This document shows, one piece after another, positions 39,851 to 50,135 of a DNA stretch of 64,000 bases (its first letter is position 1; each line of letters begins with the position of its first letter). The DNA lies in contig JANLHI010000031.1 in the NCBI GenBank assembly GCA_024654525.1, positions 18,774 to 82,773 of the forward strand. Reading direction: 5' to 3'. The notes under the pieces are model-generated. The model was given only the letters and a program-made list of their open reading frames with translations. It ran no database searches and was not told the origin of the DNA. Origin of the DNA: Patescibacteria group bacterium. GTDB taxonomy: Bacteria > Patescibacteriota > Minisyncoccia > UBA6257 > 2-01-FULL-56-20. The translations under genes and the position numbers were made by a program.

Positions 39851-41695
39851 TTGGTTGCCATTTTTCTGTTATCTGGCATAGAATGGGAGTACTTATGGGC
39901 GAAGCGCACTACTAAAATGAGTTCTACACCTGTCGAGTTAATTAAAGAAAAGCTTGATATCGTCGAGTTTCTCAAGGGATACCTCCAACTCCAACCCGCA
40001 GGGAAGAATTTCAAGGCACGATGCCCGTTTCACAAGGAAAAAACTCCTTCGTTTATGGTGTCTCCCGATCGGCAATCGTGGCATTGTTTCGGATGTGCAT
40101 TAGGGGGTGATGCATTCTCGTTTATTATGCGCTATGAGAATGTGGAGTTTGGCGAAGCGTTGCGTGTGCTTGCGGAAAAAGCAGGAGTCGAGTTGAAGCG
40201 TGTGAATCCTTCAGAATATAAAATGACAGGTTCTCTTTATGATATTAATGCGCACGCGCGTGATTTTTATCGTACACAACTTGCCGCAACAGAGGTTGCG
40301 CGAAAATATCTTGAGGAGCGCGGGCTTTTACCGGAGACTGTCGAAGCGTTTGAGATAGGATGGGCTCCTCTTGGTCCCGAGGCGCTTACCCTTCACCTTA
40401 TCAATGTGGGGCGTTACAGTCCCGATGAAATCATTCAGGCGGGGCTTGCAATGAGAACCGAGCGCGGACTTGTCATAGACCGTTTTCGCGGGCGGATAAT
40501 GTTCCCGATTCACAATCATTTCGGGAAAGTGGCTGGTTTTACGGGGAGAGTGTTGCCTCGCCCCGAGTCTTCCGTGGGGACGGATATGGCGTCTTCGAGT
40601 GGTGCGGAAATTGCAAAATATGTGAATACGCCGGAGACGCCGGTATTTCAAAAATCAAAATTATTGTATGGATTTTGGCGCGCGAAAAATGCGATTCGCG
40701 AAGTGAAAAGTGTATTTATTGTTGAGGGACAGATGGATTGTATTATGAGTGCGCAGGCGGGAATCCCGAATGTAGTGGCAAGTTCGGGAACGGCGTTTAC
40801 CGGTGATCATTTAAAAACGTTGCGCCGTGTGGCGGATGAGATTGTATTTTCTTTTGACAATGATGATGCGGGTCTTGCCGCGGGTGAGCGTGCGATAGAC
40901 TTGGCGCAAGCTGAAGATTTTCATGTGAAAGTGGCGATGCTGAAGGGAGTAAAAGATCCGGCGGAGTTCGCGGTCGCCGACCCCGAAGGGCTGAAGAGTG
41001 CGGTGGTGAACGCAACACCCGCGCCATTGTTTTACTTTGAAAAATATTTAGGCGGCATAAGTGACATTGCCTCGCCGGAGCAGGATTTCGCGCAGGCGGG
41101 TTTTTCAACCCGCGAAGGGCTCTCGCGGCTCCGTTCGGTGCTTGGGAAAATCCGCGCGATTACGAGTCCCGTGCTTCGTGATTTTTGGTTTAAAGAACTT
41201 TCACGCCGTACGGCGTTGGGCGAAGCGGTGCTTCGCGAAGAAGCGGATCGTAGTGGTGGGGATGCGGTGCTTTCCAAAGAGACTTCCTCCGTAACTGCGG
41301 AAGTCGCGGTAGTACGGCGGACCCGCAGCGATTTGTTGAGTGAAAAAATTCTTTCGTATAGTGTTGCGTGCGCGGATTTTTCGCTTGCGGAAACATGCAG
41401 TGCGTATTTTTCTCCGCTTTATCGTCGCGCATTCGAACTTCTTCGTGAGGGGAAAAAATCAAGTGATGATCCTGAAATGGATGGAGTGTTTAATACGGTT
41501 TTTCTTCGCGAAGACGTGTTGAGTGATGAAGATGCTCGTATGGTAAAAGCAGAAATCATAAAAGAGTATTCGCGCAAAAGAAAAGACGAACTTGTAAAGG
41601 CGGTGCGTTTTTCGGAAGCCAAAGGAGATGAGAAAGCGACGGAAGCGGCGCTTAATGAATTGCGTGAGATTTCGCGGAATGCGGAAGAGGTGTGA
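39851..41695 (+). CDS. dnaG: DNA primase
   Basis: CPFHKEKTPSF...WHCFGC zinc ribbon, TOPRIM (IVEGQMD...FDNDDAG). Probable start at the ATG near 39917. Confidence 0.85.
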   Translation: MVAIFLLSGIEWEYLWAKRTTKMSSTPVELIKEKLDIVEFLKGYLQLQPAGKNFKARCPFHKEKTPSFMVSPDRQSWHCFGCALGGDAFSFIMRYENVEFGEALRVLAEKAGVELKRVNPSEYKMTGSLYDINAHARDFYRTQLAATEVARKYLEERGLLPETVEAFEIGWAPLGPEALTLHLINVGRYSPDEIIQAGLAMRTERGLVIDRFRGRIMFPIHNHFGKVAGFTGRVLPRPESSVGTDMASSSGAEIAKYVNTPETPVFQKSKLLYGFWRAKNAIREVKSVFIVEGQMDCIMSAQAGIPNVVASSGTAFTGDHLKTLRRVADEIVFSFDNDDAGLAAGERAIDLAQAEDFHVKVAMLKGVKDPAEFAVADPEGLKSAVVNATPAPLFYFEKYLGGISDIASPEQDFAQAGFSTREGLSRLRSVLGKIRAITSPVLRDFWFKELSRRTALGEAVLREEADRSGGDAVLSKETSSVTAEVAVVRRTRSDLLSEKILSYSVACADFSLAETCSAYFSPLYRRAFELLREGKKSSDDPEMDGVFNTVFLREDVLSDEDARMVKAEIIKEYSRKRKDELVKAVRFSEAKGDEKATEAALNELREISRNAEEV

Positions 41696-41727
41696 TATGG
41701 ATGTCTTCTTTGTAAAACGACGTATTC

Positions 41728-43098
41728 GTGGCGGATATCGCGCAAGAGTTGATTTTTTTCTTTAAAAAACGCATACTGTTCTCATATTTCAGCTCTTGTC
41801 TTATGGCATTAAAAAAGAAAAAGAAGAAAGGGATAAAGCGTGCGCCCAAAAAGCGTACGGTAGAAAAGCGGGGTACTGCGAAAAAGAATAAAAACAAGAA
41901 TAAGAATAAGAATAAGAAGGCAAAACATCCGGTGGCAATGCATCGGGAGAAACTTTCTTTGGCGGCACGTGCGAAGAGAAAGGCGGTTCGCGCAAAAGAG
42001 AAAGACGAGAAACAGCGAAAATTGAATGAGCAGACATTACAAGATCTTGTGGATCGCGGGCGTCCGAGGGGATTTGTGACTGATAACGAAATTCTCTACC
42101 ACTTTCCGAACATAGAAGGAAATGTAACGTTTCTTGAAGAAATCTATGACCGACTCGAGAAGGCTGGTGTAAAAGTGGTGGAAACGGGTGGGCTCATTGA
42201 TGCCGCGAAAGGCGAGGTGACTAAAGAAGAGCTTGAGAAGGCTACGAGTTTTGAGGGGGAAGTGCCGGATGCGGTGCAGATGTATTTAAAAGAAATCGGA
42301 AAAACTCCTTTACTTACGAAAGATGAAGAGCGCGAACTTGCAAAGCGTGTCGAGCGGGGGGATGAGGAAGCACGCCAGCGACTTATGAAAGCGAATCTTC
42401 GACTGGTGGTTTCGATTGCGAAGCGGTACATCAACCGTACCCCACATCTTTCGATTCTTGACTTGGTGCAAGAGGGGAACATTGGTTTGTCACGCGCGGT
42501 AGAGAAATTCGATTACCGTAAAGGATTTAAGTTTTCAACATATGCCACATGGTGGATTCGGCAGGCGATTACGCGTGCGCTTGCGGATCAATCCCGCACG
42601 GTACGTATTCCCGTGCATATGGTGGAGACAATTTCAAAATATACCCAGATGCGCCGTCAGTTGATTCAGGAATTGGGACGTGAACCGCTTGCGGAGGAGA
42701 TTGCCGCAGAGATGAGTATGGACGTCGAGAAGATTCGACATATTCAAAAAATTTCGCAGGAGGTGCTTTCGATTGAAACACCTATCGGTGATGAAGAGGA
42801 TTCAACGCTTTCCGATTTTATTCCTGATGACAAAAATCCGACCCCCGCCCAGCTCACTGCGCGTGCACTGCTTCGCGATCTTATTAAGGATATTCTTGTG
42901 GATCTCACCGAACGCGAACAGAAAATTTTAAAAATGCGATTTGGACTCGAAGACGGAGTTACTCACACGCTTGAAGAAGTGGGGAAAGCATTCGGTGTTA
43001 CCCGCGAGCGCATCCGGCAAATCGAGGCGAAGGCGCTTGAAAAAATCCGCGATCACGACAAAGCGAAGGCACTCGAAGGGTTTAAGGATATTACGTAA
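41728..43098 (+). CDS. rpoD: RNA polymerase sigma factor RpoD (sigma-70)
   Basis: Regions 2-4 ([50 protein letters not shown], region 4 HTH). The Lys-rich N-terminus is encoded by aag/aat repeats. Confidence 0.9.
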   Translation: MADIAQELIFFFKKRILFSYFSSCLMALKKKKKKGIKRAPKKRTVEKRGTAKKNKNKNKNKNKKAKHPVAMHREKLSLAARAKRKAVRAKEKDEKQRKLNEQTLQDLVDRGRPRGFVTDNEILYHFPNIEGNVTFLEEIYDRLEKAGVKVVETGGLIDAAKGEVTKEELEKATSFEGEVPDAVQMYLKEIGKTPLLTKDEERELAKRVERGDEEARQRLMKANLRLVVSIAKRYINRTPHLSILDLVQEGNIGLSRAVEKFDYRKGFKFSTYATWWIRQAITRALADQSRTVRIPVHMVETISKYTQMRRQLIQELGREPLAEEIAAEMSMDVEKIRHIQKISQEVLSIETPIGDEEDSTLSDFIPDDKNPTPAQLTARALLRDLIKDILVDLTEREQKILKMRFGLEDGVTHTLEEVGKAFGVTRERIRQIEAKALEKIRDHDKAKALEGFKDIT

Positions 43099-43136
43099 TA
43101 GTTTATAAGTTTTGAAGTGAAAAGTTCATAAACTAC

Positions 43137-43170
43137 AACATTCCAACATTCTCCAGAATGTTGGAATGTT
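43137..43170. terminator. 34-bp perfect palindrome (16-bp arms) downstream of rpoD, no U-tract
   Basis: aacattccaacattct-cc-agaatgttggaatgtt; preceded by a second hairpin at 43101-43136. Confidence 0.4.
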
Positions 43171-43176
43171 GTTAAC

Positions 43177-43839
43177 GTGCAAGAACTCAAATATGCGCGG
43201 TGGCTTGCATTTTATCCTTTTTATGCTATAAATTACCCACTCGAAAAATTACCAAAAAACAACCGTCAAGTCGCTGCTCATATCAGATTAGGAAAGAAAT
43301 ATATGGACCCGATTCTTTGGTTTCTCGAAACTATTCTCCGAGGTTTCACCAAGGCCAGGCTTGAGAAAGAGGAAGCAGCTTTTATTCAAGACAACATACA
43401 GAAGCACCGTATTGCGCTTTGGATAAACGTCACGGCAATGGTTTTTATCTTTCTCGGTTTACTGCACACAAAAACGGACGCGATTGGGACAGTTGTGAGT
43501 TCGCTTATTGCACCGGTGATGGTTTTGGGTGGTGCCTGGTTCTCAGTAAGTTTTGGGGGCGTACCCAAAAAACTCATTAGTGTTGCCATGTCGACGACAT
43601 TGTGGATGTTTGCAGCATTTGTTGTTTCGTTCTCAACCATGCTTGTCGCGGTGGCGTTTGTCACTTCGCCCTACCTCTGGCCAGTGCTCGCGTTTGTGTA
43701 TTTGGCTGTGCTCGTAGGGTGTATCCAATATGACACCGCCGACGGGCTCAAGGCGGGGTTGGACGAAACAATGTTGCGTCACTCGAGAGCCGCCCTTCAG
43801 TACTATCACAAAGAGGGAATCGAACCGGAAGAGAAATGA
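43177..43839 (+). CDS. hypothetical integral membrane protein (4-5 TM)
   Basis: Hydrophobic helices; no family signature. Confidence 0.4.
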   Translation: MQELKYARWLAFYPFYAINYPLEKLPKNNRQVAAHIRLGKKYMDPILWFLETILRGFTKARLEKEEAAFIQDNIQKHRIALWINVTAMVFIFLGLLHTKTDAIGTVVSSLIAPVMVLGGAWFSVSFGGVPKKLISVAMSTTLWMFAAFVVSFSTMLVAVAFVTSPYLWPVLAFVYLAVLVGCIQYDTADGLKAGLDETMLRHSRAALQYYHKEGIEPEEK

Positions 43840-43915
43840 GAGTTTGAAACATTCATCGGCGCCGCTTTCACGAGTGGCGCCTTTGATTTTTTTGGGGTGC
43901 GTGTAGTATAAAAAC

Positions 43916-44191
43916 ATGGTGAAAATCAGTAAAAAACAAATTGTGGAAATCAACCGCTTGCGCGGGCTTTTCCCGAAGTCCATTCGCGTGAGAGTGGAGC
44001 GTTCGGCGGACGGCGGATTTTGTGCGGAGGTAAAAACATTCCCTGGCTGTGTTACCGAAGCGAACACATTCTCCGAACTTATTGAGATGGTAAATGACGC
44101 GGTGCGGACGTACTTTGAAGTGCCCGAACGGTTGGTGTCATATATGCCGATATATCCTCTTCGCGCTATTCCAATGTCCTTGAGAGCATGA
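43916..44191 (+). CDS. HicB/UPF0150-like antitoxin-fold protein (orphan)
   Basis: VERSADGGFCAEVKTFPGCVTEANTFSELIEMVNDAVRTYFE matches the HicB N-domain pattern (GGY.A.vP.lPGC.T.G.T.EEa..n..eAi). Confidence 0.45.
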   Translation: MVKISKKQIVEINRLRGLFPKSIRVRVERSADGGFCAEVKTFPGCVTEANTFSELIEMVNDAVRTYFEVPERLVSYMPIYPLRAIPMSLRA

Positions 44192-44322
44192 GAATAAAAA
44201 CGAGGTACTAATTTGTTGGTTTTGGCTGTCTCGATGTAAATAGACAGCCGCTTTTTATTTTGGTTTTTGCGTGTTAAATTTGCTGTACGTAGTTATTTGC
44301 GTTATTCGCGATTACTCCATAT

Positions 44323-46218
44323 ATGACTTCCAGCGAAATTCGGCAAAAGTTTTTGGAGTTTTTTGCGTCGCGCGGGCATGCGATTATTCCTTCGGCGTCG
44401 CTGATACCCGAGAATGACCCCACTACGCTTTTTACGGGAAGCGGGATGCAGCCGATGGTGCCGTATCTTTTGGGTGCGAATCATCCTGAAGGAGTGCGGA
44501 TTGCGGACTCGCAAAAATCGTTTCGTACGGTTGATATTGATGAGGTGGGGGACAATCGCCATACCACGTTTTTCGAAATGCTTGGGAACTGGTCACTCGG
44601 TGATTATTTTAAAAGAGAGCAATTGCCGTGGGTGTTTGAATTTTTAACGAGCGAGATAGGACTTGACCCGAAACGGCTCTATGTAACCGCTTTTTTTGGT
44701 GATGAAAAAAACAACCTCCCGCGCGATACGGAATCGGCGGAGATATGGAAGCGGCTTTTTGAAGAAAAGGGCATTGATGCCGGAGTGGCGCTTATTGGTT
44801 CGGAAGATGATGGGTATATGTGTGGTATGAAGAACGGCGAGCGCATCTTTTTTTACAATGCGGAAAAGAATTGGTGGAGTCGTGCGGGGTTGCCGGAAAA
44901 TATGCCCGCAGGGGAGCCGGGAGGGCCGGACTCGGAGATTTTTTATGATTTCGGTTTAGAGCATAATCCGCAATTCGGTGAGCAATGCCACCCGAATTGC
45001 GACTGTGGAAGATTTTTGGAAATCGGGAACAGCGTGTTTATGGAATATGTAAAGAAATCGGATGGTTCGTTTGCCCCGCTTCCGAAAAAAAATGTGGATT
45101 TCGGCGGAGGACTGGAGCGTATTGCGATGGCGGCGGCGAATATTCCCGATATTATTGCGATCTGCCACCGCTCCATCCTTGATGCGCTTGAGGCAATGTC
45201 CGGAAAAAAATATGATGCCGGTTCTCCGAACGCGGCGGCGTTTCGAATTGTGGCGGACCACGTGAAAGCCACGGCATTTTTAATCGGTGACGGCGTATTA
45301 CCCTCAAACACCGAGCGTGGCTACTTTGTGCGTCGTCTCCTACGCCGGGCAATCCGGCACGCGGATACACTGGGTATAAAAGAGTCGGGATTCGCCACGC
45401 TTGTCGATGCGGCCCTTTTGCCGTACGCGACAGCGTATCCCGAGACATATAACGCGCGTGAAGCCATAAAGAAAGAAGTGACAAAAGAGGAGGAAAAATT
45501 TCGAAAGACGTTGAAAGAAGGTCTTCGTGAATTCGAAAAGATTTCGAAGAACGGAGTTGTTTCGGGGAAAGATGCTTTTATACTCTTTTCGACATACGGA
45601 TTTCCGTTTGAGGTTACGCTCGAGTTGACGAAGGAGAGAAAAATCGCAGTGAAAGAAGATGAGTTTAAAGTGGAGATGAAAAAACATCAAAACCTTTCTC
45701 GTACATCGTCCGCGGGAACGTTCAAGGGCGGTCTCGCCGATTCATCCGAGAAGACAATTCGGTTGCATACTGCGCATCACTTGTTACTTAAGGCATTGCA
45801 GATTGTGTTGGGTGATGGCGTGAAACAGCGGGGGAGTAATATTACACAAGAACGATTGCGTATGGATTTTACGTACGAGGGTAAAATGACCGACGTACAG
45901 AAGAAAGAAGTGGAGCGAATTGTGAATGAAAAGATTGCGGAGGATTTGCCGGTGATTCGGAGTGAGATGGTGCTTGAAGATGCGGAGAAGCTTCATGCAG
46001 AACATGAGTTTGGAGCAAAATATCCTTCTCGTGTGTCGGTGTATTCGGTTGGTCCAAAGTCAGCTACGCTTGAAAATCCGCAGTTTGACAAGGCATTTTC
46101 GATAGAATTTTGCGGAGGTCCTCATGTGATGCATACCGGAGAGATTGGGGAATTCACCATTAAAAAAGAGGAGGCGGTGGCCGCTGGAATAAGAAGAATT
46201 CGCGGAGTGATTGAGTAG
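44323..46218 (+). CDS. alaS: alanyl-tRNA synthetase (catalytic, tRNA-recognition and editing domains; lacks C-Ala domain)
   Basis: FFASRGHAIIPSASLIP, FTGSGMQPMVPY, HTAHHLL...CGGPHV editing-domain zinc motifs; 631 aa. Confidence 0.9.
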   Translation: MTSSEIRQKFLEFFASRGHAIIPSASLIPENDPTTLFTGSGMQPMVPYLLGANHPEGVRIADSQKSFRTVDIDEVGDNRHTTFFEMLGNWSLGDYFKREQLPWVFEFLTSEIGLDPKRLYVTAFFGDEKNNLPRDTESAEIWKRLFEEKGIDAGVALIGSEDDGYMCGMKNGERIFFYNAEKNWWSRAGLPENMPAGEPGGPDSEIFYDFGLEHNPQFGEQCHPNCDCGRFLEIGNSVFMEYVKKSDGSFAPLPKKNVDFGGGLERIAMAAANIPDIIAICHRSILDALEAMSGKKYDAGSPNAAAFRIVADHVKATAFLIGDGVLPSNTERGYFVRRLLRRAIRHADTLGIKESGFATLVDAALLPYATAYPETYNAREAIKKEVTKEEEKFRKTLKEGLREFEKISKNGVVSGKDAFILFSTYGFPFEVTLELTKERKIAVKEDEFKVEMKKHQNLSRTSSAGTFKGGLADSSEKTIRLHTAHHLLLKALQIVLGDGVKQRGSNITQERLRMDFTYEGKMTDVQKKEVERIVNEKIAEDLPVIRSEMVLEDAEKLHAEHEFGAKYPSRVSVYSVGPKSATLENPQFDKAFSIEFCGGPHVMHTGEIGEFTIKKEEAVAAGIRRIRGVIE

Positions 46219-46340
46219 GCGTATTGTTAAAGAGAGATGTCGGGAAGACGACAATGGAGTTTTGTGTCTTATACACAGTTTTTTGTTGTTTCTTTCATAG
46301 CGGTTTAGCCTTACAATATACATAGGAAGGATTTTCTATT

Positions 46341-48041
46341 TTGCACAGGTATGGTGTGTACACTTTATTACGAATGAAAAAAATTATTGTTGAAAAAAAT
46401 GAAGTTACATCGGCGGTTGCTCACCGTCTTTTATCCACTCTTGATCGAGAGGTCACATTGGTGATACCCAAACAGTCGCGCATAGGTAGTTCTCTCAACA
46501 ATTTCCATCTCTTATTAAGAGAAGCGGAAACCGCGGAGAAAAAACTTACGATTGAGTCAGTGGATGATGAAGTGCTCGCACTTGCAAAATCCGCGGGTAT
46601 TGTGGCGGTGCATCCATTTTTGGGACACAAACATGCATTGCAGGATATTGTTCCCCGCAATACGGAAGATGATGATGGGGATTTTGTAGAGGAAGAGTCC
46701 TTAAAGAAAAAGAAGGTAAAAGTTTCTTCGCGCGGAAGTGTGCATGTGAGGCGTATTTCGAAAGGACGCGGGAAAGAGGATATTATCCCGGAAGAAAAGA
46801 ATACCTATGAAGAGTCGGAAGAGAATGAGAGTGAAGAAGTGAAACAGGAGGAATCTTATTCTCGCAATGAGCGTCCTCCCCGAGCATGGAATATCAAGGC
46901 GATTGCGTGGGTATCGGGAATTGGCGTGGCGGTTGTGTTGTTGGGGTATGGTGGTATATGGGTGACGGGATCGTTTTTTGGAAGCGCGACGGTGATGGTG
47001 AGGTTTGATCAGACACCTTGGAATTATAACGGCACTATTATTGCGGATGCGTCAGTATCCAAAATGGATTCCACGAAGCAAGTTCTTCCGGCGGAGATTT
47101 TTAGCATAGACAGGAATGTTACGCAGTTATTTATTGCTACAGGAAGCAAGGATGTTAAAGATTTTGCGGAGGGAAAACTTACGATCTATAACGCGTACAG
47201 CTCAAGTCCTCAAATTCTTGTGGCGACTACGCGATTTGCAACTCAAGATGGAAAAATATTCCGACTCGTGGAACGTACCGAGGTTCCCGGTGCCGTGGTG
47301 CGAGGCGGTATTATTACTCCCGCGAGTATTACGGTAAACGTGGTGGCGGATCAGCCGGGTGAGAGTTATAATGTGAGTCCTACTTCAAAACTTACCATTC
47401 CCGCATTTAAGGGAACTCCGCGGTACGAAGGTTTTTACGGAGAACTTCCCGAAGGGGCGAAAGGGGGATTTGTGGGATTGAAAAAAGTTCCTACTGTTGC
47501 GGATGTCGCTTCCGCGAAAACGAAAACCTCGGAAATACTTAGAGCGAGTCTCGAGAGTTTGTTTGCTACGACGATACCCCAGGGATTTATGGTTCCGAGC
47601 GGGAGTAATTCGTTTACGGTGAAAAAACTTACGGTAAATGAGAAGACGGATACAAACGGTCAGTTCACGGTGTTCGGAGAGGCTACGTTGTCGGCGGCGG
47701 GGTTTCGTAGCGCCGATTTAGAAGCATTATTGCTTGGATATGCGCGCGAAAATAAGAAAGATTTTCTTGTGGTATTCAAATCGTTTTCACCCCAGTTTAG
47801 CGATGTCTCATTTAGTAGCGAGAACCGTCGAGTTACATTCACTGTAGATACCACCACGGTACTCACACCCCCGTTTTCTCCAGAAGAGTTTCGCGCTTCA
47901 ATTCTGGGTCTCGATGTGACGCGCGCACAATCGTCGGTGTCTCGTATCCCTGGGTTGAAAGAGGGTAAACTTTCTCTGTGGCCATTTTGGCTCCACCAAG
48001 TTCCTGCTGACGCCACAAAGATTATTATTAATATAGAATAG
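46341..48041 (+). CDS. hypothetical single-pass membrane protein with large extracytoplasmic domain
   Basis: Acidic/Lys-rich cytoplasmic segment, one TM (AIAWVSGIGVAVVLLGYGGIWV) and an ~360-aa C-terminal domain. Confidence 0.4.
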   Translation: MHRYGVYTLLRMKKIIVEKNEVTSAVAHRLLSTLDREVTLVIPKQSRIGSSLNNFHLLLREAETAEKKLTIESVDDEVLALAKSAGIVAVHPFLGHKHALQDIVPRNTEDDDGDFVEEESLKKKKVKVSSRGSVHVRRISKGRGKEDIIPEEKNTYEESEENESEEVKQEESYSRNERPPRAWNIKAIAWVSGIGVAVVLLGYGGIWVTGSFFGSATVMVRFDQTPWNYNGTIIADASVSKMDSTKQVLPAEIFSIDRNVTQLFIATGSKDVKDFAEGKLTIYNAYSSSPQILVATTRFATQDGKIFRLVERTEVPGAVVRGGIITPASITVNVVADQPGESYNVSPTSKLTIPAFKGTPRYEGFYGELPEGAKGGFVGLKKVPTVADVASAKTKTSEILRASLESLFATTIPQGFMVPSGSNSFTVKKLTVNEKTDTNGQFTVFGEATLSAAGFRSADLEALLLGYARENKKDFLVVFKSFSPQFSDVSFSSENRRVTFTVDTTTVLTPPFSPEEFRASILGLDVTRAQSSVSRIPGLKEGKLSLWPFWLHQVPADATKIIINIE

Positions 48042-48079
48042 GGTGATTTCCCCTTATTTCTTGCGGAAAATACCGCATT

Positions 48080-48108
48080 TTGACTTCTCTTGCATTCTCC
48101 TTTATAAT
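48080..48108 (+). promoter_or_regulatory. consensus sigma70-type promoter (TTGACT, 17-nt spacer, TATAAT) for the infA-rpmJ-rpsM-rpsK-rpsD-rpoA-rplQ-rplM-rpsI operon
   Basis: TTGACT at 48080-48085 and TATAAT at 48103-48108, about 60 nt upstream of infA. Confidence 0.55.
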
Positions 48109-48165
48109 ACCCTACAATATTCGGTGCTGCGCAAGCGGCCTTTTTCTTCTTAATAATATTACGCG

Positions 48166-48420
48166 ATGGATATGCAAGCGATTGAAGGAATAGTGAAGGA
48201 GGCGTTGCCTGGCCTTACATTCCGTGTGGCACTCAAACGCGCGAAGGCGAGCGAGGATGTTTCGCACGTGGCGACATCATCTCCGGTAAGCTCAAAGGAC
48301 ATACTGGCCCATCTTGCGGGAAAGATGAAGTTGCATCGTATCCGAGTATTACCGGGAGACAAAGTTCTTATAGAAGTCGGCCCCGATGGGAGGAGGGGGA
48401 GAATAGTGAGAAGGTTGTAG
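48166..48420 (+). CDS. infA: translation initiation factor IF-1 (with an ~13-aa internal insertion)
   Basis: [17 protein letters not shown]...[20 protein letters not shown]...GRIVRR S1-like OB fold. Confidence 0.75.
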   Translation: MDMQAIEGIVKEALPGLTFRVALKRAKASEDVSHVATSSPVSSKDILAHLAGKMKLHRIRVLPGDKVLIEVGPDGRRGRIVRRL

Positions 48421-48437
48421 GGTATATAACTATCAAA

Positions 48438-48551
48438 ATGAAAGTACGAAGTTCGGTTAAAAAAATATGTAAGAGTTGTAAAAACGTGAAACGTCGCGGT
48501 GTTATTCATGTGGTGTGTAAAAATCCGAAACATAAACAAAGACAAGGATAA
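48438..48551 (+). CDS. rpmJ: 50S ribosomal protein L36 (37 aa; below the ORF-track cutoff)
   Basis: Translates to [37 protein letters not shown], the canonical L36 zinc ribbon. Confidence 0.8.
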   Translation: MKVRSSVKKICKSCKNVKRRGVIHVVCKNPKHKQRQG

Positions 48552-48560
48552 TAATTATCT

Positions 48561-48944
48561 ATGCGTATCATTGGTGTAAATATTCCTGACAATAAGCGCA
48601 TTGAAGTCGCGCTCACGTATTTGTACGGCGTGGGACGTTTTGCAAGTCGTCGCATTCTTTCTGAAGTGGGCATCGATATCAATAAGCGGGCGAAGGATTT
48701 AACTCCTGAAGAAATAAACAAAATTCAATCTTTCGCGGAAAAGAATTATTCACTCGAAGGGGAATTGAGGCAGGTAATACGGCGCAATATCGAACGGCTT
48801 AAAAATATTAAGGTGTATCGTGGTACTCGCCACGCGCGTCGTCTTCCTGCGCGAGGTCAGCGCACCAAAACGAATTCGCGTACCGTACGTGGTAATGTGC
48901 GTAAAACGGCGGGAAGCGGTAAGAGAAAAGTAGCGTTGAAATAG
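48561..48944 (+). CDS. rpsM: 30S ribosomal protein S13
   Basis: MRIIGVNIPDNKRIEVALTYLYGVG. Confidence 0.9.
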   Translation: MRIIGVNIPDNKRIEVALTYLYGVGRFASRRILSEVGIDINKRAKDLTPEEINKIQSFAEKNYSLEGELRQVIRRNIERLKNIKVYRGTRHARRLPARGQRTKTNSRTVRGNVRKTAGSGKRKVALK

Positions 48945-48955
48945 TCTATATTACT

Positions 48956-49417
48956 ATGGGACGAACAAAAATAACCACGCAGTCTGCCGATGAGGCGGCG
49001 AAAAAAGGAGTTGTGGTCGCTAAAAACGAAGGTGATGCGGGTGTGGCGAAAATCGAAAAGAAAGTAAAAGGAATTGAGCGCGGTCGCGTGTATATCAGTG
49101 CTTCATATAACAACACCACTATCACCGTGACCAATGCAGGGGGGGATGTTATCGCATGGGCATCTGCGGGATCTCTCGGATTTTCGGGACCGAAGAAAGC
49201 GACTCCGTTTGCGTCATCAAAGGTAATCGCGGCTTTAGGAGAAAAACTCCGGTCTGCATGGCCCTCGGCGATCGAGGTTATCGTGAAGGGTGTGGGAGGA
49301 GGAAGGGATTCGGCGGTGCGCTCTCTTATTAACCACGGTTGCAATATTGTTTCTATAAAGGATGTTACTCCGATTCCGCACAATGGTCCGCGTCCCAAAA
49401 AAGTTCGAAGAGTATAA
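48956..49417 (+). CDS. rpsK: 30S ribosomal protein S11
   Basis: GRVYISASYNNTTITVTNAGGDVIAWASAGSLGFSGPKKATPFAS...VKGVGGGRDSAVRSL. Confidence 0.9.
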   Translation: MGRTKITTQSADEAAKKGVVVAKNEGDAGVAKIEKKVKGIERGRVYISASYNNTTITVTNAGGDVIAWASAGSLGFSGPKKATPFASSKVIAALGEKLRSAWPSAIEVIVKGVGGGRDSAVRSLINHGCNIVSIKDVTPIPHNGPRPKKVRRV

Positions 49418-49438
49418 CAAGGAAATTATTAATTATTA

Positions 49439-50058
49439 TGTTTGTTCCTAAAGAAAAAAGAGAACGTTCATTGGGTGAACATCTGCAACTCAAGGCGCAT
49501 CGTTGTGCGACTCCGAAGTGTGCGTTTGTACGAAAACCCCATCGTCCCGGAATGCACGGGCTTTCTCGCCGTTTTCCCAAAGCGCTTTCCGAATTCGGAT
49601 TACAGCTTCGTGAGAAGCAGAAGTTTAAAGTAAGCTATGGAATCGACGAGCGCGGGCTTCGCGTACTTTTTGAAGAGGCGCGACAGGCGCGGGGTTCGAC
49701 TGCGCAAAAGTTGATTGAACTTCTTGAACGTCGCCTTGATAACACATTGTTCCGACTTGGATTGGGGCAGTCGCGTGCGGCGAGCAGGCAGGCGGTGGTG
49801 CATGGACATGTGATGGTGAACGGGGTTATTACTCGGTCGCCGGGATTTGTGGTGAAGGTGGGGGATATCATCGCTATTAAGGAAGCGTCGCATTCCCGAG
49901 GGGCGTTTCTTCACGTAAAGGATCCACAGTGGAAATATGACGAACCCGCATGGCTCACTCTTGATAAATCGAAATTTGAGGGTCGCGTTGTTGCACTGCC
50001 GGTCGATGTAGAATCTCCGTTTGAGGTAAAATTAGTAGTCGAGGCGTTCAGTAAATAG
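49439..50058 (+). CDS. rpsD: 30S ribosomal protein S4
   Basis: Start at MFVPKEKRE (ATG 49439), Cys-containing N-terminus, RLDNTLFRLGLGQSRAASRQAVVHGHVMVNG S4 domain. The longer ORF from 49339 overlaps rpsK and is not used. Confidence 0.85.
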
Positions 50059-50135
50059 ACATCCAAGAGCTTTCTTGAAAAGATGACAGCTAGGGAAAGC
50101 TATGGTATAAGTTATCAATCAATAGTATCTAAAGG

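Noticed and set aside
41880-41915. aataagaataagaataagaataag tandem repeat that could look like a micro-array
   Set aside because: It is coding low complexity (NKNKNKNKK) in the Lys-rich N-terminus of rpoD. There are no spacers and no cas genes, so it is not CRISPR.
49339-49438. Upstream extension of rpsD overlapping rpsK (MQYCFYKGCYSD…)
   Set aside because: The extension overlaps the rpsK coding region in another frame and lacks S4 similarity. The canonical S4 N-terminus begins at the ATG at 49439.
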